A stretch of 64,000 nucleotides of DNA, from NCBI GenBank assembly GCA_041690395.1, contig JAWLHJ010000001.1:800001-864000 (forward strand), given 5' to 3'. Both the position numbers and the translations under genes were made by a program. The notes under the pieces are model-generated. The model was not told where the DNA came from. It saw only the letters and a list, made by a program, of their open reading frames with translations, and did not search any database. Positions 1 to 7,944 of this stretch are shown piece after piece (the stretch's first letter is position 1; each line of letters starts with the position of its first letter). This DNA is from Longimicrobiales bacterium (lineage in GTDB: Bacteria; Gemmatimonadota; Gemmatimonadetes; Longimicrobiales; Gaopeijiaceae).

Positions 1-630
1 GACTGGAAGGCCTTCCTCGCCGCTCCCGAGAAGCACTGGAAGGACGGGCGGTCCGCGAAGATGCTCGCGGAGCGATGGGAGCAGAGCCGGCCCGATGTGC
101 CCGAAGAGCTCCGCACCGCGTTCAAAGGGACGCCGTTCGAGGCGTTCCTACCGCTCGTCGCGTTTCCGGAGTACCAGGTCCCGCTCGCCGGCAGGGGCAA
201 AGCGTCGCACAACGACCTCTGCGTGATCGGCCGGATCGACGCCGACCTCGCGGTGATCATGATCGAGGGGAAGGTCGACGAGTCGTTCGGGCCCTTGCTG
301 TCCGACTGGCTTAAGAACGCATCGAACGGGAAGCGGCAGCGGCTCGCATTCCTGAAGGAGACGCTCGGCCTGAACGGGACGGTCGACGGATCGATCCGCT
401 ACCAGCTCCTCCACCGCACGGCGTCTCCCGTGCTGGAGGCCGTTCGGCACCGCGCGAAGTACGCGGCCATGGTCGTGCACTCGTTCAGCGACGCAGATGC
501 GTGGCTCGCGGATTACCAGGCGTTCGCGCGGGTGCTCGGGGTGGAGGGGCGGAAGGGCACGGTGGAGCGGGTGCCGGGACGGGAGGGTCCGGAGCTGTGG
601 GTGGGGTGGGTCACGGAGCCGGCGGGCTGA
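1..630 (+). CDS. DUF6946-like putative PD-(D/E)xK nuclease, 5' end outside window
   Basis: Frame is open from base 1 (DWKAFLAAPEKHWKDGRSAKMLAERWE). Motifs NDL...IEGKVDESFG and RYQLLHR. Confidence 0.7.
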   Translation, partial: DWKAFLAAPEKHWKDGRSAKMLAERWEQSRPDVPEELRTAFKGTPFEAFLPLVAFPEYQVPLAGRGKASHNDLCVIGRIDADLAVIMIEGKVDESFGPLLSDWLKNASNGKRQRLAFLKETLGLNGTVDGSIRYQLLHRTASPVLEAVRHRAKYAAMVVHSFSDADAWLADYQAFARVLGVEGRKGTVERVPGREGPELWVGWVTEPAG

Positions 631-697
631 CCCTTCAGCGTTGAGGGCTCAACACCGTGCGATCGCGAAGGGGAATTCTTGCTAATCCTTCCGACGC

Positions 698-895
698 TTA
701 CCGCGACGTAGGCCGACGATGCTGGTCGGAATGCTTCAGCATAGCTCCGCCCAAGGGAGGCTGGAGTCGGTAATCGCCGATCGTGACACCGACTTCTGCC
801 AGCCTACGGACGACCTCTCTGCTGCGCTCGAGAGCCGTTGGGTCCACCTGTGGACTCCGATCCACGATCTCCTTCAAGAGATCCTTGTCTAGCAC
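698..895 (-). CDS. Hypothetical small protein (65 aa)
   Basis: GTG start preceded by a GGAG Shine-Dalgarno-like motif; protein-like composition. Confidence 0.5.
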   Translation of the reverse strand: MLDKDLLKEIVDRSPQVDPTALERSREVVRRLAEVGVTIGDYRLQPPLGGAMLKHSDQHRRPTSR

Positions 896-1210
896 GGAAT
901 GCTCCTAGAAGAACTGCGGCGTGTGGACAAAGGATGATATCCCATTGCGACCCATGTGATCCTGGAGAAACCAAAAGTGATTCCAGACAGCATCCCGCAA
1001 TGTGGTGTCGGAGCCGCAATCCTGAATCTTGAGCTTCAACTCATCCTGGAGCGCTATCGTTGGTGGTTGGCGGCATGTTGGACTCGGGCATGCTCGTTCC
1101 TGATTTCGGTCAGTGATGAGGGAAAAATTGATGATACGAAGCAGGGGGGCGAGCCTGCCATGGTCGGATGGGACGGCGAGATGAGCGTGGGGGGCCTCAT
1201 GCCTCACCCC

Positions 1211-1861
1211 CTAACCGAGCCGTCGCCTGAGCGCCTCCTCGATCCGTTGTCTGTAGATCTCCGGCTGGAGATCGGTCCCCCCGCCGCGGTTGTTCGACCC
1301 CGCATTCCACCGTCCGCCGAAATGCTCGTCGATGTCCTTGATGCGGAGGTCATGCAGGGACAGCCCCTCGGGAGCGGCCGGGCCGAGCCGCACCTTGATT
1401 CGCCATGGACGCGGCAGGGTCGTGCTTCGCGTGGCGATCACGATGACTGCGGCCTCCGGCAGGAACGGCTGGAAGAGCTCTCCCTCCACCTGGTCATCGA
1501 GGACGCCGAGCACCACCCCGCCGTCGCCCTGGAACCGTCCCTCTCGTACGAGCTGCTCAGCAGCCTCCCGTGCGCGGCGCCGGGCGTCCGATGCGTTCCG
1601 TCCATACGGGCTCAGCGGAATCTCGCTCACCATGCGATCGAGATCCTCGAAGAAGTCGAAGAGCCCCTTGGCGTCGGGGATGGGTCTCTCGTCCCGGCCC
1701 CACTGAGCATCCAGGCCCTGCAGCAGATCCGCCATGTCGTTCTCCTCGCCGGTGTGATCGGCGGCGAGTGAGGCGGCGGTGAAGCGCTCCTCAGGGTCGA
1801 GACGGCCCGAGAGGATGCCTGACGAAAGGACGGTGTCGCAGTCCATGTGGTTGACCACCAC
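1211..1861 (-). CDS. DHH-like phosphoesterase-related protein, probably 5'-truncated
   Basis: NHMDCD (HxDxD) lies at the very N-terminus; later ADH motif and C-terminal GGG. In-frame stop ~15 codons upstream. Confidence 0.4.
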   Translation of the reverse strand: MVVNHMDCDTVLSSGILSGRLDPEERFTAASLAADHTGEENDMADLLQGLDAQWGRDERPIPDAKGLFDFFEDLDRMVSEIPLSPYGRNASDARRRAREAAEQLVREGRFQGDGGVVLGVLDDQVEGELFQPFLPEAAVIVIATRSTTLPRPWRIKVRLGPAAPEGLSLHDLRIKDIDEHFGGRWNAGSNNRGGGTDLQPEIYRQRIEEALRRRLG

Positions 1862-1930
1862 GCGATGGGCTCCTCCTGGAACGTGCTTCGCGGGCCTCGA
1901 GGCCTACCGGCACATCTTCGCCGCAGACTT

Positions 1931-2620
1931 CCGCGGAAGAGCTACCACACCGAGTACCCGTTCTGGTATCTGCGGAACGACGGGCTCTGGGAGGTCCAGG
2001 GGGTGGCCGAGGCCAAGGTGCGGGAAGGGAAGGCGAGCCAGCCGACGAAGGGCGAGCTCGTGCGGGTGGGGGCGACGGGTGGCCTGGTCCCGGAGGCGTA
2101 CGAGGGGCTCCGGGCCGATCCCGCGTTCCTGCACCAGGTGGCCAGCCAGCTGGTGGACGCCCACTTCCCGGACTCCATCCGGAGCGACGTGCTCGCGGCC
2201 GTGGGGCTCGACGAGCTGGAGGTGGTCCGGAGGAGGAAGCGCGACCGGAAGTTCCGCGAGGCGGTGCTCGTCGCCTACGGATACCGCTGCTGCGTGTGCG
2301 ACTTCGATGCCCGGCTCGGCCACGCGCCCCTCGCCATCGAGGCGGCGCACATCAAGTGGCACCAGGCGGGCGGGCCGGATCGGCTGTCGAACGGCCTCGG
2401 GCTATGCGCGTTGCATCACAAGCTGTTCGACCGGGGGGCGTTCACGCTGGGGTCCTCCGGTGAGGTGGTGGTGTCGGAGCTGGTGAACGGAGGGAAGGCG
2501 ACGGAGGAGGGACTGCTGCGGTATGCGGGGCGGGAGGTTCGGCGGCCGAGGAGGCGGGAGGGGTGGCCGAGCACGAAGTTCATCGAGTGGCACCGGGGGG
2601 AGGTGTTTCGGGGTGGGTGA
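1931..2620 (+). pseudogene. 5'-truncated SBD-HNH (phosphorothioate-dependent type IV restriction endonuclease family)
   Basis: PRKSYHTEYPFWYLRNDGLWEV resembles the sulfur-binding domain. HNH motifs CCVC...EAAHIKW...NGLGLCALHHKLFDRG. The usual N-terminal HKP-containing segment is absent. Confidence 0.6.
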
Positions 2621-2626
2621 TGAACG

Positions 2627-3661
2627 CTAGCCCAGCACCCCCACCATCCCCGCATGCACCTCCCGCCACGGCCGCCCGAGGTCCACCGACCGCGCCTGGA
2701 ACCGGTGCCCGTGTGTCCGGAACTCCACCCGCGTCTCCCGGCCCACGGTGGGGTAGAGCAGAATCCCCTCATGTTGTGGACCGTCGGGCTGTGCCCGCTC
2801 CCGGTTCATGACATACGCGAACATCTGGTACAGGTGGCCCGCGCGGAGCTTGGCCGCATCTTCATCTCCGAGCCCGCCGTCCTTGTAATACTTCGTGTCG
2901 AGGATGATGCGTCGGTCCACGTTGGTCAGAAGTAGATCCGGCTCCATCCGTGGAATCCTTCCCTCGGATGCGGGGCCAACGGGCTCGAGCGCCCACCAAG
3001 CGAGATGCGTCTGCGGACGAACCCGGTAGCTCGTCTCCCGCTCGTAGAAGCGAGCAGCGAACCGCTCGAACACACGCCACATCTTGAGATCTTCGGGCCC
3101 GACGGCCAGGAACCGGGTCTTACCGGCCACCGGGTCGACAATCCGAGCCTGGAGGAGCAGTCGGCACACGTGAATGGGAAACCGATACCGACGGCGATTC
3201 CGGTCGAGCTGGATGCGGCTGAACATTCGCAGCGACAAGGGTCGCTCGGTCACACCGCTCATCCGCGGCAGCGCACGACGCACCTCGCCCCGGACGCGCG
3301 GGTCCAACGTGGGAGTCCGCGACAGCATGGCCAGCGTCGAGGCAAGGATCTGGTTGTGAAGCACGTCGGTGGAGAGATCCTCGAACGAGCAAGCAAGCCG
3401 GTTTCGGATGAGCGTGTTGCTCCGAACGGTTTCGTTGAGCTCGATCTTCCCGCGGACGCCGGCCAGCTCCTCCTGGAACGGCACGTAGCTCCGGTCGAGC
3501 CCCCGCCTCGAGAGCCGGATCACGGAGCGGGCGAGCACCCATCCGAAGAGATCCTCCAAGCGGTCGAAGCGGTCGAGCTGCCGAGCCTCGGCGCTTTCCA
3601 GCTCTCCGACCTCGTCCCATGCGTAGCAGAGGAGATAGAAGAGGTTCTGGACGGGGATCAC
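2627..3661 (-). CDS. mcrC: McrC restriction endonuclease subunit
   Basis: IPVQNLFYLLCYAW start, MEPD...ILDTKYY (PD-D/ExK), LYQMFAY, GILLYP. Overlaps the mcrB stop. Confidence 0.9.
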   Translation of the reverse strand: MIPVQNLFYLLCYAWDEVGELESAEARQLDRFDRLEDLFGWVLARSVIRLSRRGLDRSYVPFQEELAGVRGKIELNETVRSNTLIRNRLACSFEDLSTDVLHNQILASTLAMLSRTPTLDPRVRGEVRRALPRMSGVTERPLSLRMFSRIQLDRNRRRYRFPIHVCRLLLQARIVDPVAGKTRFLAVGPEDLKMWRVFERFAARFYERETSYRVRPQTHLAWWALEPVGPASEGRIPRMEPDLLLTNVDRRIILDTKYYKDGGLGDEDAAKLRAGHLYQMFAYVMNRERAQPDGPQHEGILLYPTVGRETRVEFRTHGHRFQARSVDLGRPWREVHAGMVGVLG

Positions 3662-5907
3662 GAGACGCCCAAACGCTCCGCGTGACGGTCCGCGAGTGCG
3701 GGGTTGTCGAACCAGTACTCACGCAGAAGTGGAAGGATCTGGGTGCGTACGATGGACCGGTACCAGTCGATGTCGAAGGAGGATCCGATCTCGCTGGGTA
3801 CGAAGTAGCTGTGCCCGATCTCGAAGCCTGGCCCGAGGTTCTGAGTGTCCTCGCTGATCTCCTTGTTCAGGGCACGGAACCGCTCGTCGATGAGGCGCAC
3901 CACCCCCTCGTCCACGCCCGCGTCTGCCAGGTGCTCGATGAACGCCTCCGATCCATAGGCCGGCTTGAGGCTGAAGAAGGCGAAGCGCCTGCGGAGCGCG
4001 TAGTCCACCATGGCCAGCGAGCGATCCGCGGTGTTCATCATCCCGAGGATGTGCACGTTGTCCGGCACCGAGAACCGTTCGCCGTCGTGTGCGTAGGTGA
4101 GAGCCACGGCGTGGTTGGCCCCTCGCTTGTCCGCCTCGATGAGCATCATGAGCTCACCGAAGATTCGGCTCAGGTTACCGCGGTTGATCTCATCGATGAT
4201 GAACACGAACGGCTCCCGGGGCCGTGCTCGGGCCCGCTCACAGAACCGGTAGAACACCCCGTTGCGGAGCTCGAACCCGCCCGTGCGCGTCGGTCGGATG
4301 CCTTGGATGAAGTCCTCGTATGCATAGCTCTGATGGAACTGGACGAACTCGACGTTCTCCGGAGCCTTCCGCCCGATGAGGGCCCAGGCGAGACGCCGCG
4401 CGACAAAGGTCTTGCCGACCCCCGGCGGGCCCTGGAGGATGGCGTTCTTCATCTGTGCCAAAGTGTCCAGGATGTGCTGGACATTCTGCTCGGGCATGAA
4501 CAGGCCTTCCATGGCATGCTGGAGAGTATAGGGACCCGAAGCGTCACCGTCGGTGGTGGTTTCGTCCGGGGCCGCGCCGATCCATCCGAAGGCCTTACGT
4601 ACCCAGTTCGGGTACTTCGTGAAGTCCGTAAGGGTCTTGTTGGCCACCCGCCGGTCTTCCGGGATCTCCCAACCCTCCACGGGTGTCCAATCAACGGTGC
4701 GGGTGTGCTGATACTCGGCCCGGTCCTCCTCGTAGACGTAGTCGCCGGTCACACGGCCGTGCGCGAGCAGCGTGCTGGCTCCCCTCTTCGCGAGGATGAC
4801 GTCCCCGGCCGCCATGACGTGCCCGAACTCCCAACACGCCAAGGAGTCGTTGGTGGGATTCTCCTTCCCGGAGACCGAGGCGATCTCGGCCTGGATCTCC
4901 TCGCGAGACGAGAATGCCGAAAGATCTCCCAGGTAGTCCCACCCGATGGCGGCGATGCCTTCCCGTTCGAAGTCGGTCCAGAGGCGGCCGCCTTCACCGG
5001 CGGCCAGCAGCCACACGCGATCAGTCTTCAGCTCCTTTCGTAACCAGGCTTCGCTTTCGGTCTGTGGCTGGTCCGGCGCAGCTCCGTCCCCGTCTGGGAC
5101 CGTCTTATCCTCGCGCCAGCGCTCAGCGACAGCCTTCGTCTTGTAGAAGTGGAGTTCCTCTCCGTACTCCGCCGAGAGCGCCTCGCGAACCTGAAGGACA
5201 GCTCGGTCGAGCGCCGTGACGTCGGTGTAGTCCAGCTCACGGTCGGTGTCGATCAGCTCGTGGAACGCCTCAGCGATTTCCTCCTTGTGCCGCCGCCCCG
5301 TGATCGCCTCGAACGAATCCGGGAAGAGCAGATAGCAGAGGATGTGAGGTAATTGGCGCCGGGCCGCTCCTTCCACCTGACGTACCCACTCCGCAAAGAC
5401 CCACGGGCTTGCCAGCAGCTCCTCACGCTCGGCCCTCGGGAGGCCCATCCACCGCTCGAGCATTCGGATGAAGAAGACCAGCTCCCGCCAGCGATGTGTG
5501 TTGTAGGCCGTTCCCGGATGCGCGACGCCCGTATCGAGCACCTCCCCCAGGGCCCAATGGTCTTCGGGGATGTTCTCCCCGGACCATGCGAACACCTTGC
5601 GGATCTGGAGGCGCTTTGTGGCGCCTGACGCCGCCCGGCTTGAGACGATCAGGTACATCACCCACAGCAACTCGGCGGCGAGCCGGACCGATTGGGGGGG
5701 TGCGTCGGCCATCTGCTTCTCGAACTTCTGGAAGAAGTCCCCCTCACCTTCGTCGAGGTTCTCGACGTAGTGGGTGATGAGGCCTTGGACGGCAGACGCG
5801 GTCCAGATCGGCTGATCGGTGAACACCGAGCCCTCGTCGAGAAGACACCTGTCTCGCCAATGCGCGGCCGCGTTCAGGACTGGGGTGGCTTCCGGAGAAC
5901 GCGCCAT
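3658..5907 (-). CDS. mcrB: McrB AAA+ GTPase with extended two-domain N-terminus
   Basis: GPPGVGKT, VQFHQSY, IDEINRG, MNTADRS, ALRRRF, IGHSYF. Confidence 0.92.
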   Translation of the reverse strand: MARSPEATPVLNAAAHWRDRCLLDEGSVFTDQPIWTASAVQGLITHYVENLDEGEGDFFQKFEKQMADAPPQSVRLAAELLWVMYLIVSSRAASGATKRLQIRKVFAWSGENIPEDHWALGEVLDTGVAHPGTAYNTHRWRELVFFIRMLERWMGLPRAEREELLASPWVFAEWVRQVEGAARRQLPHILCYLLFPDSFEAITGRRHKEEIAEAFHELIDTDRELDYTDVTALDRAVLQVREALSAEYGEELHFYKTKAVAERWREDKTVPDGDGAAPDQPQTESEAWLRKELKTDRVWLLAAGEGGRLWTDFEREGIAAIGWDYLGDLSAFSSREEIQAEIASVSGKENPTNDSLACWEFGHVMAAGDVILAKRGASTLLAHGRVTGDYVYEEDRAEYQHTRTVDWTPVEGWEIPEDRRVANKTLTDFTKYPNWVRKAFGWIGAAPDETTTDGDASGPYTLQHAMEGLFMPEQNVQHILDTLAQMKNAILQGPPGVGKTFVARRLAWALIGRKAPENVEFVQFHQSYAYEDFIQGIRPTRTGGFELRNGVFYRFCERARARPREPFVFIIDEINRGNLSRIFGELMMLIEADKRGANHAVALTYAHDGERFSVPDNVHILGMMNTADRSLAMVDYALRRRFAFFSLKPAYGSEAFIEHLADAGVDEGVVRLIDERFRALNKEISEDTQNLGPGFEIGHSYFVPSEIGSSFDIDWYRSIVRTQILPLLREYWFDNPALADRHAERLGVS

Positions 5908-6030
5908 ACTGGGCTTGCCCTGCTGATGAAAAGAGTCGTTGATCGCGAGCGGGTAGGGTACGCGTGAGCTCGGGGTGGGGAAAGGACCGCAGTTTCCTGG
6001 CCGAGGAAAGGCGCCTACAATGCTCGGATC

Positions 6031-6969
6031 ATGAACGCATACGTCGCTGTCACGGATCCGGACTGGTTCACGTTCCTCGCAGAACAGCCGAACGTGGACG
6101 AGGTGAATTTCTGGAACCCCAAACGCTGGGGTGGCCGGTTCGGCGTGCTGTCGGACGGGCAGCCACTCCTATTCAAGCTGAAGGCTCCTTACAACGCCAT
6201 CGCAGGGATGGGCTTCTTCAAGCATTACACCGAGCTCCCGCTGACCATCGCATGGGAGACCTTCGGAGCGAAGAACGGAGCGGCTACGTATGGCGATGTT
6301 TGGCGACGGATCACGAAGCTGCGGCGGGAGGAGCCTGGGCCCGGAGATGATCCTGTCATAGGGTGCATCCTCCTCGTCGAACCGATCTTCTGGTCGGAGG
6401 ACGACTGGATACGGGATCTCCCCGGGTGGCAACGCAATATCCAGCGTGGCCGAACCTACGACCTTCGAGAGGGTGATGGACTCCGGATCTGGGAGATGGT
6501 CCTGGAGCGGCTGCACAGGACATCCCGTCCCGGGCTCGGTAGCGAGGGGCCTAACCCCGACCTGCCGGGCGGTTACGGGGACCCCGTGCTGCAGCCGCGC
6601 AGATTGGGGCAGGGGACGTTCAGTGCGCTCGTCACCGATACCTACGAGCGACGCTGCGCCGTAACTCGCGAACGTGCTCTGCCCGCCCTCGAGGCCGCGC
6701 ATATCCAGCCGTTCAGCGTGACCCACGAGCACCGGCTCTCGAACGGAATTCTACTCCGGTCCGACGTTCACCGGCTGTTCGATGCCGGCTACGTAACTGT
6801 CACACCTGAGTACCGCATCGAAGCGAGCCGCCGTATGAAGGACGACTTCAACGACGGGGATAACTACCTCAAGCTCCATGGAGCGGAGGTCTGGGTGCCG
6901 GAGCGGCAATCGCTACGGCCGGATGCGGATGTGCTCAGATGGCACAACGAGCGCGTCTACCGGGGGTGA
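6031..6969 (+). CDS. HNH endonuclease with N-terminal PUA/EVE-like domain
   Basis: VAVTDPDWF/NFW N-terminus. C-terminal RLGQGTF...CAVT...LEAAHI...NGILLRSDVHRLFD...WHN. Confidence 0.85.
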   Translation: MNAYVAVTDPDWFTFLAEQPNVDEVNFWNPKRWGGRFGVLSDGQPLLFKLKAPYNAIAGMGFFKHYTELPLTIAWETFGAKNGAATYGDVWRRITKLRREEPGPGDDPVIGCILLVEPIFWSEDDWIRDLPGWQRNIQRGRTYDLREGDGLRIWEMVLERLHRTSRPGLGSEGPNPDLPGGYGDPVLQPRRLGQGTFSALVTDTYERRCAVTRERALPALEAAHIQPFSVTHEHRLSNGILLRSDVHRLFDAGYVTVTPEYRIEASRRMKDDFNDGDNYLKLHGAEVWVPERQSLRPDADVLRWHNERVYRG

Positions 6970-6993
6970 AGTGGCCCTCGATGAGAAAGCCGG

Positions 6994-7893
6994 TCAAGGC
7001 GTCTCAAACAAGCTCACTTGTTCGCCTTCTTGCTCAGGATCCGGCCATGTAGGGCCGTCGGCCTGGAGGCCGAGCAGCCTCTCGACGTGGCCGGCCGCTC
7101 GCATGATCTGGTAGACGTCCAATCTCGGTAGCGGCATGTCCGACTGGAGAAACGGCGCGAGATACCGCTGTGACTTCGGCGTGACACCCTGCCGCCCGCA
7201 CACGATGTACGCGACCGACTCGGCTTCGAGTTCTCGCTGCATATGCGCCAGAGTCTTTCGCTCCGGGGCTCCCAGACCCTTGTCCAGCCCCAGATGTCCC
7301 AGAAACACGTGGCCGAGTTCATGGACGAGCGTGGCGAATTGCACCTGGGCGGGGTGGTTCTTGTTGATAGACAGCTCGTAGGACGCCCGTGCCTTCTCGC
7401 CGCTTGTCTGCCATACCCGGCGAACTTCTCCAGCTCTGCCGTCACCTGCATCGACCTCGAACCACCAGATGTCTTTCCTGCTCAGGCGGTAGCGGAAATC
7501 ATCGAGCTGTTCCTGCTCGATCGACCCGCGCGTGAAGAACGTCTGCACATCCTCGGGAAGCTTGTCCCGCGCCGTGTCTTCCACGTCATAGACAAGCGCG
7601 ACCGGGCCGAAGGGCCATAGGATCAGAAGGGGCCGCGCCCCTCGATTGACCGTTCGCCCGAAACGGGTCTGCCAGTCGCGCTTGGAGGCCGCATACATGA
7701 GGCCGGGCTTCTGCACCTGGAGGAGCATCGCGTTGAACGGGGCGAACTGCGGCAGGCGGACGACGAAGTCCAGCAGCTCCCTGTACTCAGGGCTGCGGTG
7801 ATAAAGACGCGCCTCGTTGAGGAGATCGTCCAGCAGCGACCGGACCGCTTTTTGCTGATCGTCGCTCGAGTGCATCCTCGACTGTGGCTCCAT
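6994..7893 (-). CDS. ArdC-like ssDNA-binding domain plus ImmA/IrrE-type zincin
   Basis: FAPFNAMLL..QKP..YAAS..DW...GR.V N-terminal motif; LVHELGH and RELEAESVAY. Confidence 0.75.
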   Translation of the reverse strand: MEPQSRMHSSDDQQKAVRSLLDDLLNEARLYHRSPEYRELLDFVVRLPQFAPFNAMLLQVQKPGLMYAASKRDWQTRFGRTVNRGARPLLILWPFGPVALVYDVEDTARDKLPEDVQTFFTRGSIEQEQLDDFRYRLSRKDIWWFEVDAGDGRAGEVRRVWQTSGEKARASYELSINKNHPAQVQFATLVHELGHVFLGHLGLDKGLGAPERKTLAHMQRELEAESVAYIVCGRQGVTPKSQRYLAPFLQSDMPLPRLDVYQIMRAAGHVERLLGLQADGPTWPDPEQEGEQVSLFETP

Positions 7894-7944
7894 GGTTGGC
7901 GGAGAGTGGAGAGATTGGGGAGGGCGACGCGCGTGCTCCTCGGA

